Sequence record: ON210139.1 | From: Escherichia phage EC128 | Strand: one strand, 5' to 3' | DNA: 64,000 bases | Shown here: one piece after another, positions 9,840 through 19,313 of the stretch | Layout: each line of letters begins with the position of its first letter | How positions within the stretch are numbered: position 1 is the first letter of the stretch | Notes under the pieces: model-generated | Database searches by the model: none | Seen by the model: only the letters and a program-made list of their open reading frames with translations | Told to the model about the DNA's origin: nothing | Position numbers and translations under genes: made by a program

Positions 9840-10276
9840 AAACACTATCAGCTGGTATTATCTTTATGACAGAAGATAAAGATTTATTCATGGGACGGGT
9901 TACTGGTTCTCGTAAGCCTGGAATGATGGCACATCGCTGGGATATTCCAAAAGGCCGTGTAGAAAATTCTGATTTGAGCGCACTAGATGCAGCACGAAGA
10001 GAATGCTTAGAAGAGACCGGTTTTAGCAATTATAATCCAGACCTTCTAGAAGACCTAGGTGTATTTAAATATTCTAGTAATAAAGACTTACAGCTGTTTT
10101 ATTATACGATTCCAGTAGAGCATGAGATGTTTAGAAATTGCCATTGCGAGTCTTATTTTGAAAATAAAGATGGTGTTATGATTCCAGAGATGGATGCTTT
10201 TGCTCTTATTCCTCGTACTCAGTGGCAATATGTGATGGGTCCTTCACTTTACCGAATAATGAACAGCCTCTTTTAA
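9821..10276 (+). CDS. nudE: Nudix hydrolase NudE
   Basis: 151 aa; Nudix box GRVENSDLSALDAARRECLEETGF. Confidence 0.8.
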   Translation: MQEIKMKTLSAGIIFMTEDKDLFMGRVTGSRKPGMMAHRWDIPKGRVENSDLSALDAARRECLEETGFSNYNPDLLEDLGVFKYSSNKDLQLFYYTIPVEHEMFRNCHCESYFENKDGVMIPEMDAFALIPRTQWQYVMGPSLYRIMNSLF

Positions 10277-10807
<531 letters not shown>

Positions 10808-10811
10808 AGTT

Positions 10812-10850
10812 GTTTACTTTCTCCTAGAATTGTGATAGTATATTCACAGT
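10812..10850 (+). promoter_or_regulatory. early promoter
   Basis: GTTTAC ... TGTGATAGTATAT upstream of denV. Confidence 0.5.
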
Positions 10851-10866
10851 TACTTGGAGGGATAAA

Positions 10867-11283
10867 ATGACTCGTATTAATTTGACTTTAGTATCTGAAC
10901 TTGCTGATCAACATTTAATCGCAGAATACCGTGAATTGCCGCGTGTTTTTGGTATAGTTCGTAAGCATGTGGCAAACGGTAAGCGCGTTAAAGATTTTAA
11001 AATATCTTCTAAATTTATTTTAGGTTCTGGTCATGTTACTTTCTTTTACGATAAGTTAGAATTTTTGCGAAAGCGTCAATCGGACATTATAACGGAATGC
11101 TTAAAACGCGGGTTCAGTATAAAAGATACTGAAGTTCCTGACATCAGCGATATTCCAGTAGAATGGAAAAATGATTATAATCCATGCAAATCAGCTATTA
11201 AGTTGAGTCAACAACGACTCGATGAAAAAATTTTAATGAAGCCACACTGGTATAAGTATTACGGCAAAAATATTTACATTTAA
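10867..11283 (+). CDS. denV: endonuclease V, pyrimidine-dimer DNA glycosylase
   Basis: 138 aa, [29 protein letters not shown]..., GGAGG RBS. Confidence 0.9.
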   Translation: MTRINLTLVSELADQHLIAEYRELPRVFGIVRKHVANGKRVKDFKISSKFILGSGHVTFFYDKLEFLRKRQSDIITECLKRGFSIKDTEVPDISDIPVEWKNDYNPCKSAIKLSQQRLDEKILMKPHWYKYYGKNIYI

Positions 11284-11380
11284 ATAACATGGGAATAACC
11301 TGGACCTCATGATTCTGTGAGGGATTCCCGCCAACCTGTAATAAGGTCGAGCCCAAGTGCGGTAATGGGTAAATACAGAA

Positions 11381-11968
11381 ATGGACAATTCATGCGCCAT
11401 GGAATGGCCCAAACCTAGAGATAACAAAATGAGAACATTTTTAACTGGTCCTTATCTATCCCTGATGAATGCTTTTACACACCATTCTGATGCTAGAGTA
11501 GAAGAAATTTGTAAAAACGAATATATCCCGCCATTTGAAGACTTACTTAAACAGTATTGCACACTTCGACTAGACGGTGGACGTCAATCTGGTAAATCAA
11601 TTGCTGTGACTAACTTTGCTGCTAATTGGTTGTATGATGGCGGAACAGTTATTGTTCTTTCTAATACTTCAGCTTACGCTAAAATTTCTGCAAATAACAT
11701 TAAAAAGGAATTTTCGCGTTATTCTAATGATGATATACGTTTTCGTTTATTTACTGATTCTGTACGCAGTTTTATTGGTAATAAAGGAAGCAAGTTCAGA
11801 GGTTTATCGCTTTCGCGAATTTTGTATATAATTGATGAGCCTGTCAAATCTCCTGATATGGATAAGATTTATAGTGTCCATATTGACACTGTACACTGCT
11901 GCTGTAATATTAAATGTTGTATTGGTGGTATTACTCGTCCACAGTTTTTCGTAATCGGAATGCAATGA
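11381..11968 (+). CDS. hypothetical protein with Walker-A-like GGRQSGKS and a Cys-rich tail
   Basis: 195-aa ORF; start uncertain (alternative ATG 11429); CCCNIKCC near C-terminus. Confidence 0.4.
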   Translation: MDNSCAMEWPKPRDNKMRTFLTGPYLSLMNAFTHHSDARVEEICKNEYIPPFEDLLKQYCTLRLDGGRQSGKSIAVTNFAANWLYDGGTVIVLSNTSAYAKISANNIKKEFSRYSNDDIRFRLFTDSVRSFIGNKGSKFRGLSLSRILYIIDEPVKSPDMDKIYSVHIDTVHCCCNIKCCIGGITRPQFFVIGMQ

Positions 11969-12294
11969 TGACAGACACTCAGCTTTTCGAATATCTTTAT
12001 TTTTCGCCAAAAACTATTAAAAATAAATTGGTGAATCATTTTGAAATTTTGGCAAATAACAACGTCTTGAGCGAATTTTATCCTAAGCAATACAAATTAC
12101 AAAAAGGCGTATTCAAAGGATGTAGAGTTTTATGTACTGCTCCTAATGCACGGCTAATGAATAAAATTCCATATTTTACCATGGAATTTATTGATGGGCC
12201 TTTTAAAGGACTAATCACACAGAGTTTAATGGCATATGATTCTGAGCCATTTTTAATTAAAGAACAATCTTGGATAAATTTATTTTCTAATTGA
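11965..12294 (+). CDS. hypothetical protein
   Basis: ATG overlapping upstream stop (ATGATG); about 110 aa. Confidence 0.4.
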   Translation: MMTDTQLFEYLYFSPKTIKNKLVNHFEILANNNVLSEFYPKQYKLQKGVFKGCRVLCTAPNARLMNKIPYFTMEFIDGPFKGLITQSLMAYDSEPFLIKEQSWINLFSN

Positions 12295-12301
12295 GGTTTA
12301 T

Positions 12302-12664
12302 ATGAAAGCATATCAAATTCTTGAAGGCACACATAAAGGTACTATTTATTTTGAAGATGGTATTCAAGCACGAATTATCGTTTCTAAAACCTTTAAAGAG
12401 GACTCTTTTGTAGACCCAGAAATTTTCTATGGTTTGCATGCCCGTGAAATTGAAATTGAGCAACAGCCTACAGTTAAAATTGAAGGTGGTCAACACCTGA
12501 ACGTTAACGTTCTGCGTCGTGAAACTCTGGAAGATGCAGTTAAGCATCCGGAAAAATATCCGCAGCTGACCATCCGTGTATCCGGTTATGCAGTTCGCTT
12601 TAACTCTCTGACTCCGGAACAGCAGCGCGACGTTATCGCTCGTACCTTTACCGAGAGTTTGTAA
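12302..12664 (+). CDS. grcA: autonomous glycyl-radical cofactor, GrcA/YfiD-like
   Basis: C-terminal ...[29 protein letters not shown] matches the glycyl-radical domain of E. coli YfiD/pyruvate formate-lyase; 3' half uses host-like CTG/CGT/CCG codons. Confidence 0.85.
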   Translation: MKAYQILEGTHKGTIYFEDGIQARIIVSKTFKEDSFVDPEIFYGLHAREIEIEQQPTVKIEGGQHLNVNVLRRETLEDAVKHPEKYPQLTIRVSGYAVRFNSLTPEQQRDVIARTFTESL

Positions 12665-12885
12665 TGGCAAAGATAATTATTGAAGGTTCTGAAGATGTGC
12701 TAAATGCTTTCGCCGAATGGTTTAGTAATTCAGGCGAACAGCAATTTAACGAAGCATGGAACATGGGTGATATTAATGGAATTTATCCTACTACAGAAAT
12801 TTCTGTTCAGGGATATGGCATTCATGAACCTATTCGTTTAGTTGAATACGATTTATGTACTGGTGAGGAAGTCAAATATGATTGA
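12664..12885 (+). CDS. hypothetical small protein
   Basis: 73 aa, TAATG coupling to grcA-like gene. Confidence 0.5.
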   Translation: MAKIIIEGSEDVLNAFAEWFSNSGEQQFNEAWNMGDINGIYPTTEISVQGYGIHEPIRLVEYDLCTGEEVKYD

Positions 12886-13144
12886 AGATATTAAAGGTTA
12901 TAAGCCACATACTAACGAAAAAATCGGTAAAGTAAATGCTATTAAAGACGCTGAAGTTCGTTTAGGACTTATCTTTGACGCTTTATACGATGAATTCTGG
13001 GAAGCACTAGATAATTGCGAAGACTACGAATTCGCAAAGAATTATGCTGAAAGCCTCGATCAGCTAACTATTGCTAAAACGAAACTCAAAGAAGCTAGTA
13101 TGTGGGCTTGTCGCGCGGTATTCCAACCAGAGGAAAAATATTAA
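12878..13144 (+). CDS. hypothetical small protein
   Basis: 88 aa from ATG 12878 with GAGGAAG RBS. Confidence 0.5.
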   Translation: MIEDIKGYKPHTNEKIGKVNAIKDAEVRLGLIFDALYDEFWEALDNCEDYEFAKNYAESLDQLTIAKTKLKEASMWACRAVFQPEEKY

Positions 13145-13422
13145 TGGCTCAATTAAGCGCAGGGTTTGGTTATGAGTATTATACTGCCCCTCGTCGTGTA
13201 TCTGTTGCTCCTAAGAAAATTCAAAGTCTTGATGATTTCCAGGAAGTAATTCGTAACGCTTTCCAGGACTATGCGCGTTATCTTAAAGAAGATTCACAGG
13301 ACTGTCTCGAAGAAGATGAAATTGCTTATTATGAGCAGCGTCTTGAACAGCTTAAAAACCTACATGAGGTTCGTGCAGAAGTTACAAAGTCTATGAATAA
13401 ATTGATTAGATTTAAAGAATAA
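13144..13422 (+). CDS. hypothetical small protein
   Basis: 92 aa from ATG 13144 with GAGGAAAAA RBS. Confidence 0.5.
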   Translation: MAQLSAGFGYEYYTAPRRVSVAPKKIQSLDDFQEVIRNAFQDYARYLKEDSQDCLEEDEIAYYEQRLEQLKNLHEVRAEVTKSMNKLIRFKE

Positions 13423-13424
13423 TT

Positions 13425-13462
13425 GTTTACTTTTCCTCTTGACTGTGGTATAATTTTTCTAT
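13425..13462 (+). promoter_or_regulatory. early promoter (GTTTAC, TGGTATAAT)
   Basis: Close match to sigma70-like consensus, upstream of 13482. Confidence 0.6.
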
Positions 13463-13481
13463 CAGTTAAGAGGAGAATAAC

Positions 13482-13943
13482 ATGACTATCAACACAGAAG
13501 TTTTTATCCGTCGAAATAAGCTCCGTCGTCACTTTGAGTCGGAGTTTCGTCAAATTAACAATGAGATTCGTGAGGCATCAAAAGCAGCAGGAGTCTCATC
13601 GTTTCATCTAAAATATTCTCAACATCTTCTTGATCGTGCAATTCAACGGGAGATTGATGAGACATATGTTTTTGAATTATTCCACAAAATAAAAGACCAT
13701 GTTTTAGAAGTTAATGAATTCCTGAGTATGCCTCCGCGTCCTGACATTGACGAGGATTTTATTGATGGGGTTGAATATCGTCCTGGGCGTTTAGAAATCA
13801 CAGATGGAAATCTTTGGCTTGGATTTACAGTTTGTAAACCTAATGCGAAGTTCAAAGACCCGTCACTTCAATGTAGGATGGCCATTATCAACAGTCGTCG
13901 TTTACCAGGAAAGGCTTCTAAAGCAGTAATTAAAACTCAATGA
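13482..13943 (+). CDS. regB: RegB-like endoribonuclease (by size and position)
   Basis: 153 aa, AGGAG RBS, own early promoter; lies between denV and tk as regB does in T4. Confidence 0.5.
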   Translation: MTINTEVFIRRNKLRRHFESEFRQINNEIREASKAAGVSSFHLKYSQHLLDRAIQREIDETYVFELFHKIKDHVLEVNEFLSMPPRPDIDEDFIDGVEYRPGRLEITDGNLWLGFTVCKPNAKFKDPSLQCRMAIINSRRLPGKASKAVIKTQ

Positions 13944-13950
13944 GGTAAGC

Positions 13951-14496
13951 ATGAGAAAAGCACTACTCGCTGGTCTATTGGCCATTTCTATGATGGCACA
14001 TAGCTCCGAGCATACTTTCAGTAATGTCCAACTCGATAACATGCGTTACGCGTATCAATTCGGGGAACAATTTTCCAAGGATGGAAAATATAAAACACAT
14101 AAAAATATCCACAAGAGCGGATTAGGTCATATAATGGCTGCTATTTTATGGCAAGAAAGCTCTGCCGGAGTTAATTTAAAATCTAAACCAAAGCATCATG
14201 CCTACGGAATGTTCCAAAACTATTTGCCGACCATGCGAGCAAGAGTTAAGGAACTTGGTTATAATATGACCGATGCTGAAATAAAAAGAATGTTGAATAA
14301 ACGGTCCAATTCAGCTTCCTGGGCGTACATTGAACTTTCTTATTGGTTAAATATACATAAGGGCGATATAAGAAAAGCAATATCCTCTTATAATTCGGGA
14401 TGGAATGTTAAAGCAGGTTCTAAATATGCTTCTGAAGTCCTAGAAAAGGCTAACTACCTTAAAAATAATAAACTGTTGGAAATAGTAAATGACTAA
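13951..14496 (+). CDS. secreted lytic-transglycosylase-like protein
   Basis: Signal peptide MRKALLAGLLAISMMAHS; motifs WQESS, YGMFQ, SYNSGW typical of SLT domains. Confidence 0.55.
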   Translation: MRKALLAGLLAISMMAHSSEHTFSNVQLDNMRYAYQFGEQFSKDGKYKTHKNIHKSGLGHIMAAILWQESSAGVNLKSKPKHHAYGMFQNYLPTMRARVKELGYNMTDAEIKRMLNKRSNSASWAYIELSYWLNIHKGDIRKAISSYNSGWNVKAGSKYASEVLEKANYLKNNKLLEIVND

Positions 14497-14830
14497 AATT
14501 TTGGTTTTATGTGTAGGATTAATTTCATTTTCTGCGTTAGCAGATATATCATATTCTGAAGTTAGAGAGTATGTAAACCGTACTGCCGCGGATTATTGTG
14601 GGAAAAATAAAGCATGCCAAGCTGAATTTGCGCAGAAATTAATATATGCATATAAAGACGGAGAAAGAGATAAATCAAGCAGATATAAAAATGATACATT
14701 GTTAAAACGATATGCTAAAAAGTGGAATACTTTAGAATGTTCAGTTGCGGAGGAGAAAGATAAAGCCGCTTGTCATTCAATGGTTGACCGTTTGGTAGAT
14801 TCTTATAATCGAGGATTGAGTACTAGATGA
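14489..14830 (+). CDS. secreted Cys-containing small protein
   Basis: 113 aa, signal peptide MTKILVLCVGLISFSALA, 4 Cys; coupled to upstream gene. Confidence 0.5.
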   Translation: MTKILVLCVGLISFSALADISYSEVREYVNRTAADYCGKNKACQAEFAQKLIYAYKDGERDKSSRYKNDTLLKRYAKKWNTLECSVAEEKDKAACHSMVDRLVDSYNRGLSTR

Positions 14831-15306
14831 TTGTAAAATATATCAAGGGCGATATTGTCGCCCTATTTCTTCAAGGTAATATTATTGCGCACGGGTGTAA
14901 CTGTTTTCATACTATGGGTTCAGGTGTAGCGGGTCAATTAGCAAGGGCCTATCCTAAAATTTTAGAAATAGATAAAACCACTACCGAGTACGGTTCTCGT
15001 GATAAATTAGGCGATATGTCTATTGTTTTTAAACATAATCCTACAGGATTTGGTATATGCTATAACCTGTATACACAATACGAACCGGGTCCTAATCTTG
15101 ATTATGGTGCTTTAGTAAACTGCATGATAGAATTAAATCTACAGGCAGAGACTCTTTTGTTTAAACCAGTAATTTACATTCCACGCATAGGTTGTGGTAT
15201 TGCTGGCGGCGATTGGGATAAGGTTTCTAAATTAATCGACATGTTTACTCCTGATATTGATTTGATAGTGGTGGATTATGAAAGTACATTACCCGCATCC
15301 GTTTGA
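14827..15306 (+). CDS. macro-domain (ADP-ribose binding/processing) protein
   Basis: GDI...HGCNCFHTMGSGVAGQLA and PRIGCGIAGG match macro-domain glycine-rich loops; ATGA coupling. Confidence 0.6.
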   Translation: MIVKYIKGDIVALFLQGNIIAHGCNCFHTMGSGVAGQLARAYPKILEIDKTTTEYGSRDKLGDMSIVFKHNPTGFGICYNLYTQYEPGPNLDYGALVNCMIELNLQAETLLFKPVIYIPRIGCGIAGGDWDKVSKLIDMFTPDIDLIVVDYESTLPASV

Positions 15307-15490
15307 TCCTAAAAACAAAGCGGAAATTATTCGTCAATGGGAACGCATTTGCCGTACTAAATGCCCAATTAATAGTCCTCATGATGTAGATAAAGACTAT
15401 ATTGGAACATTCGTTGAATATACCTTTATTGATAGGAAAGGTCGTAAACAACATGTAGAAGAATATTGCTTAAAGGTTACATGGTTATGA
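15278..15490 (+). CDS. hypothetical small protein
   Basis: 70-aa ORF overlapping the macro gene's end. Confidence 0.4.
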   Translation: MKVHYPHPFDPKNKAEIIRQWERICRTKCPINSPHDVDKDYIGTFVEYTFIDRKGRKQHVEEYCLKVTWL

Positions 15491-15693
15491 GCCAAACTAG
15501 TATTCTTAAAAATGCCCATTGTGAAAATTGTAAATGGCCTGTTGTTTTTGCTTTATGTAATGATGAAATGGCCTGTGATTTTGACTATTGGTGCTATTGT
15601 TCTAATAAAGGATGCATCAATCATAAAGGTGAAGGATTTTATTCAGGATTTTATCCTTATCCTGATTTCGTTAAAGAAGGTAAACCAAAATGA
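15487..15693 (+). CDS. Cys-rich small protein (possible zinc binding)
   Basis: CENCKW...CNDEMACDFDYWCYCSNKGC. Confidence 0.4.
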   Translation: MSQTSILKNAHCENCKWPVVFALCNDEMACDFDYWCYCSNKGCINHKGEGFYSGFYPYPDFVKEGKPK

Positions 15694-15863
15694 ATAATTT
15701 TGAGTTACAATATGAAGTGTTACGTGAACTTGATAATTTAATTGAACTCGCTGTTAATAAAGGTTTTGCCATTGGAATTGGTCAAAAAGATACTGATCAT
15801 TTAACTATGGAAATATTTAAGCAAAAACGAATTATTTTAAAACTTCTGGAAATTAATATATGA
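15690..15863 (+). CDS. hypothetical small protein
   Basis: 57 aa, ATGA coupling on both sides. Confidence 0.4.
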   Translation: MNNFELQYEVLRELDNLIELAVNKGFAIGIGQKDTDHLTMEIFKQKRIILKLLEINI

Positions 15864-16045
15864 GTCTGAGCAAAGAACAAAAAGATAAATTGTTTGAGCT
15901 TATCCATGAACTTCTAGATGAGCATACAGAAGTAAACACCTTTTATGATGAATACGGCCCGCTATCTCCCGAACAGCAAGAAGAATTTGCTGACCGGTTT
16001 GATAAGAAAGAAAACGAATTAATAGCTTATGTGAATACGCTTTAA
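15860..16045 (+). CDS. hypothetical acidic small protein
   Basis: 61 aa. Confidence 0.5.
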   Translation: MSLSKEQKDKLFELIHELLDEHTEVNTFYDEYGPLSPEQQEEFADRFDKKENELIAYVNTL

Positions 16046-16054
16046 GAAGGTGAT

Positions 16055-16636
16055 ATGGCGAGTTTAATTTTTACTTATGCGGCAATGAATGCTGGAAAAT
16101 CTGCTTCTCTTTTGACTGCTGCACATAATTATAAAGAACGCGGAATGAGTGTATTAGTTCTTAAGCCTGCTATTGATACTCGCGATTCTGTCTGTGAAGT
16201 CGTTTCTCGCATTGGAATTAAGCAGGAAGCGAATATTATTACGGATGATATGGATATTTTTGAGTTCTATAAATGGGCTGAAGCACAAAAAGATATTCAT
16301 TGTGTATTTGTAGATGAGGCCCAGTTTTTAAAAACTGAACAGGTGCATCAATTAAGCCGAATTGTTGATACATATAATGTTCCTGTTATGGCTTATGGGC
16401 TAAGGACTGATTTCGCTGGAAAATTATTTGAAGGTTCTAAAGAACTTTTAGCGATTGCAGATAAACTTATTGAACTAAAAGCAGTTTGTCATTGCGGCAA
16501 AAAAGCGATTATGACAGCTCGATTAATGGAAGATGGAACACCAGTTAAAGAAGGTAATCAAATCTGTATTGGTGATGAAATTTATGTTTCTTTGTGTAGA
16601 AAACATTGGAATGAATTAACTAAAAAGCTCGGTTAG
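16055..16636 (+). CDS. tk: thymidine kinase
   Basis: 193 aa; P-loop YAAMNAGKSASLL, CVFVDEAQF, C-terminal CHCGKK...C zinc ribbon. Confidence 0.9.
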   Translation: MASLIFTYAAMNAGKSASLLTAAHNYKERGMSVLVLKPAIDTRDSVCEVVSRIGIKQEANIITDDMDIFEFYKWAEAQKDIHCVFVDEAQFLKTEQVHQLSRIVDTYNVPVMAYGLRTDFAGKLFEGSKELLAIADKLIELKAVCHCGKKAIMTARLMEDGTPVKEGNQICIGDEIYVSLCRKHWNELTKKLG

Positions 16637-16645
16637 TGCAAAAGT

Positions 16646-16653
16646 TATAAATA
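16646..16653 (+). promoter_or_regulatory. late promoter TATAAATA
   Basis: Exact motif about 25 nt upstream of 16679. Confidence 0.4.
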
Positions 16654-16678
16654 GGTTTATCTAACTAAAGGGGTATAT

Positions 16679-16891
16679 ATGCTACAATTAACTGAAAAGC
16701 AACTTCGCAATCTTACTGTTCTTCAATTAGATGAAATTCGTAGGGAAGTTGGAAATATCATTTCAGCTTTGCGTCGAGAAGTATCACTCAACCAATCTCC
16801 GGCAGACTATACTAGATTGCGAAATTTTGAAAAATACCTTGATAAAGTTAAGGCCGTGCACCGGCACAAAGTAAATACAGGACAAAAATGA
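16679..16891 (+). CDS. hypothetical small protein
   Basis: 70 aa, AAAGGGG RBS. Confidence 0.5.
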
Positions 16892-16903
16892 TAGGAGGCC
16901 TTT

Positions 16904-17197
16904 ATGGCCTTAAAAGCAACGGCACTATTTGCCATGCTAGGATTAGCGTTTGCTTTATCTCCACCAATTGAAGCGAATGTCGATCCTCATTTTGATAAAT
17001 TTATGGAATCTGGTATTAGACACGTTTATATGCTTTTTGAAAACAAAAGCGTAGAATCATCTGAACAGTTCTATAGTTTTATGCGAACGACTTATAAAAA
17101 TGACCCGTGCTCTTCCGATTTTGAATGTATAGAGCGAGGCGCGGAGATGGCACAATCATACGCTAGAATTATGAACATTAAATTGGAGACTGAATGA
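16904..17197 (+). CDS. rI: lysis-inhibition regulator RI-like periplasmic protein
   Basis: 97 aa with N-terminal signal/anchor MALKATALFAMLGLAFALS; position next to tk. Confidence 0.75.
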   Translation: MALKATALFAMLGLAFALSPPIEANVDPHFDKFMESGIRHVYMLFENKSVESSEQFYSFMRTTYKNDPCSSDFECIERGAEMAQSYARIMNIKLETE

Positions 17198-17580
17198 AAT
17201 TCAGCGACTTTTCACAAAGTGGAAAACCTTCAAAGGCAGATGAATACTTAGGTTTATTAATGGCTGCACAAGCTTATTTTCATTCTGCGCATTTTGAAAC
17301 TAAAAGTTATGCTAGACACAAAGCATACGATTTTATTTTCTCTGAGTTGCCAGATTTGATTGATAAATTTGGTGAGCAATATTTGGGGTATTCTGGTAGA
17401 AAATACACGCCTTCTATTCCAGATGCCAGTAAACTTCCTACCGACACAATTAAAATGATTGATCGCATACTAGACCAATCTAACAGCATTTACAAAGAAA
17501 TGCCTCCAGCCATTCAAAGCACGATAGATGATATTACTGGAATGTTTTACCAGAGCAAATATCTTCTTTCCCTCGAATAA
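17194..17580 (+). CDS. hypothetical protein
   Basis: 128 aa, ATGA coupling to rI. Confidence 0.55.
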   Translation: MKFSDFSQSGKPSKADEYLGLLMAAQAYFHSAHFETKSYARHKAYDFIFSELPDLIDKFGEQYLGYSGRKYTPSIPDASKLPTDTIKMIDRILDQSNSIYKEMPPAIQSTIDDITGMFYQSKYLLSLE

Positions 17581-17584
17581 CATT

Positions 17585-17608
17585 AGTCTCCTTCGGGAGA
17601 CTTTTTTC
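17585..17608 (+). terminator. rho-independent terminator
   Basis: AGTCTCC-TTCG-GGAGACT then TTTTTT. Confidence 0.7.
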
Positions 17609-17618
17609 ATTTTACCGG

Positions 17619-17656
17619 TTTACTTTCCATTTGAGCTGTGATACTATACAACCATC
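17619..17656 (+). promoter_or_regulatory. early promoter
   Basis: GTTTAC ... TGTGATACTATAC. Confidence 0.5.
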
Positions 17657-17675
17657 GGATAAAGAGGAGAACATC

Positions 17676-17864
17676 ATGAAAATTGAAGCACTTAATCAAG
17701 AAGGAAATATCTACGTCATCATTAACGGCGATTTTTTCGTCGACATGGATGAAGTTACCAGTGAAGAACTTGAAGAACTTCTTAAGAAACGTTATGATAT
17801 GTGTGATGAAGCTGCAACTCATATGGCGTGTGCAATATTCTCTCTTTCATATGTGGTGGAATAA
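17676..17864 (+). CDS. hypothetical acidic small protein
   Basis: 62 aa, AGAGGAG RBS. Confidence 0.5.
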   Translation: MKIEALNQEGNIYVIINGDFFVDMDEVTSEELEELLKKRYDMCDEAATHMACAIFSLSYVVE

Positions 17865-18067
17865 TGATTAGTATCGAACAAGCAGATAAAATTAAAGAAT
17901 TGGTAGCTTTAATTCGCAAAGCAGATGAGGAACTTAGTGACTTTGCTTGGTTTTCGGCAGGCATTGCAAATAAAGGTATTGAAGAATTTGAAGCTAAAGT
18001 TGATAATGCTGTAGAAGCTTTAGATATGTTTCTTGATGAAATTATCGATCACAATACGAGAGTTTAA
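17864..18067 (+). CDS. hypothetical small protein
   Basis: 67 aa, coupled. Confidence 0.5.
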   Translation: MISIEQADKIKELVALIRKADEELSDFAWFSAGIANKGIEEFEAKVDNAVEALDMFLDEIIDHNTRV

Positions 18068-18069
18068 GT

Positions 18070-18264
18070 ATGCTGACACACGAACAGTTTGAAAAAATCA
18101 TTAAATTAGCACGTGATGTTGAAATAGATTCATATCAATTAGCAGTTGAGCATTGTGAAGGATATTCATACGAAGGTATAGCAGCAGCTAAAAGAGATTT
18201 GGATGAATCTAAAGCTAAGTTAGTTCAATATCTTGAAATGATTAGGTGGAATAATGAAAACTGA
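18070..18264 (+). CDS. hypothetical small protein
   Basis: 64 aa. Confidence 0.5.
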   Translation: MLTHEQFEKIIKLARDVEIDSYQLAVEHCEGYSYEGIAAAKRDLDESKAKLVQYLEMIRWNNEN

Positions 18265-18427
18265 AAAGCAGATGTTTTTAATGAAGCTAATTGAAGAATA
18301 TGCTAATGCAGTTTCTGACTATGAGTGTTCTTCTCGTGAAAGGGGTATAGCTTTCGCAAAGGAAGAAATGAAAATCATGGTTGATGCTCATACAAAGCTT
18401 CAGAATTTTATCGAAAACGTCATTTAA
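18254..18427 (+). CDS. hypothetical small protein
   Basis: 57 aa, overlaps previous stop. Confidence 0.4.
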   Translation: MKTEKQMFLMKLIEEYANAVSDYECSSRERGIAFAKEEMKIMVDAHTKLQNFIENVI

Positions 18428-18429
18428 TG

Positions 18430-18467
18430 GTTTACAAGTTGGCAAGGTTATGGTATAGTAATCTTGT
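18430..18467 (+). promoter_or_regulatory. early promoter (GTTTACAAG...TATGGTATAGTA)
   Basis: Near-duplicate of the dmd promoter at 56382. Confidence 0.5.
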
Positions 18468-18591
18468 CAACTGCCAAGGAGAAGAGAATGAAAGTTTTGT
18501 TTGTTGTGTATGTGATGATTCAATATAATTACCCAATGTTTACTTATAATCTGGTGAACAACATTATTGATATTATTCAAAGGAGTATGTA

Positions 18592-18777
18592 ATGACAAGT
18601 GAGCAGGCTTTTAAATTAAGAGAATTAATTGAGACGTATAGTAAAGCTGTTCATACATCAACAATTATTGATGAATCAGCTTTCTCCGGACATGCTAACA
18701 AGATTAAATACAAAACTCTTATGGAAGAAGCTAAAGTAAATCTTGATTCTTATATTGAAACTTTAATTGGTAAATAA
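18592..18777 (+). CDS. hypothetical small protein
   Basis: 61 aa, AAAGGAG RBS. Confidence 0.5.
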   Translation: MTSEQAFKLRELIETYSKAVHTSTIIDESAFSGHANKIKYKTLMEEAKVNLDSYIETLIGK

Positions 18778-18778
18778 T

Positions 18779-18928
18779 ATGAAAGCTGTAATTGAAACAA
18801 CTGATTTGTTCGGTGACCTAGTTATCGAAAAACGCGGTAATGTATACGTTCTGACGCAGGAAGACGATAGTATTACTATTCTTCCTATGGAACTGGCTGC
18901 GATTTTATCTTATGCTCCCTCAAACTAA
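18779..18928 (+). CDS. hypothetical small protein
   Basis: 49 aa, below the ORF-track cutoff. Confidence 0.35.
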   Translation: MKAVIETTDLFGDLVIEKRGNVYVLTQEDDSITILPMELAAILSYAPSN

Positions 18929-19307
18929 TATTACAGGTGACCTCCAAGTTCGTTTTTATCGTGGCCTTTACGGCGGTAATATTGAAACTGAATTTATGTG
19001 TCTTTCTATCAACAATTGGGCAACATTCGTTGCCAAGGTGAAAGAATTCTTAGAATCTGAAACAGTCGAAACACCCGAAAAGGCTAAACTTCAATGGGCT
19101 AAAGATCGCGGTGCTAACATTATTAATCCAGTAGCTGCAAACTATACTACGACTTTGGATGTCAAGACTTCTTATGAAGATGGCGATGTCGTACTTGTTC
19201 GCCAAAATGATGATTCTCGAGCACATATTGTCACATTTACCAAAGACGAAGCTATTGCGCTAAAGACTTATCTTGATTCTGTCATTCCAACTATGATTTC
19301 AAAGTGA
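18912..19307 (+). CDS. hypothetical protein, paralog of the next gene
   Basis: 131 aa; C-terminus TKDEAIALKTYLDSVIPTM resembles SKSEAEAMIKYLTTVTPSM of the 19314 product. Confidence 0.5.
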   Translation: MLPQTNITGDLQVRFYRGLYGGNIETEFMCLSINNWATFVAKVKEFLESETVETPEKAKLQWAKDRGANIINPVAANYTTTLDVKTSYEDGDVVLVRQNDDSRAHIVTFTKDEAIALKTYLDSVIPTMISK

Positions 19308-19313
19308 GGAAAT

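Noticed and set aside
11284-11400. Possible second group I intron after denV
   Set aside because: Only about 120 nt, no interrupted host gene, no intron ORF and no recognisable group I core; kept only as a structured intergenic element.
18488-18592. 34-codon hydrophobic ORF upstream of 18592
   Set aside because: Very short, overlaps promoter-like sequence for the next gene, and has no supporting conservation I can see; left unannotated.
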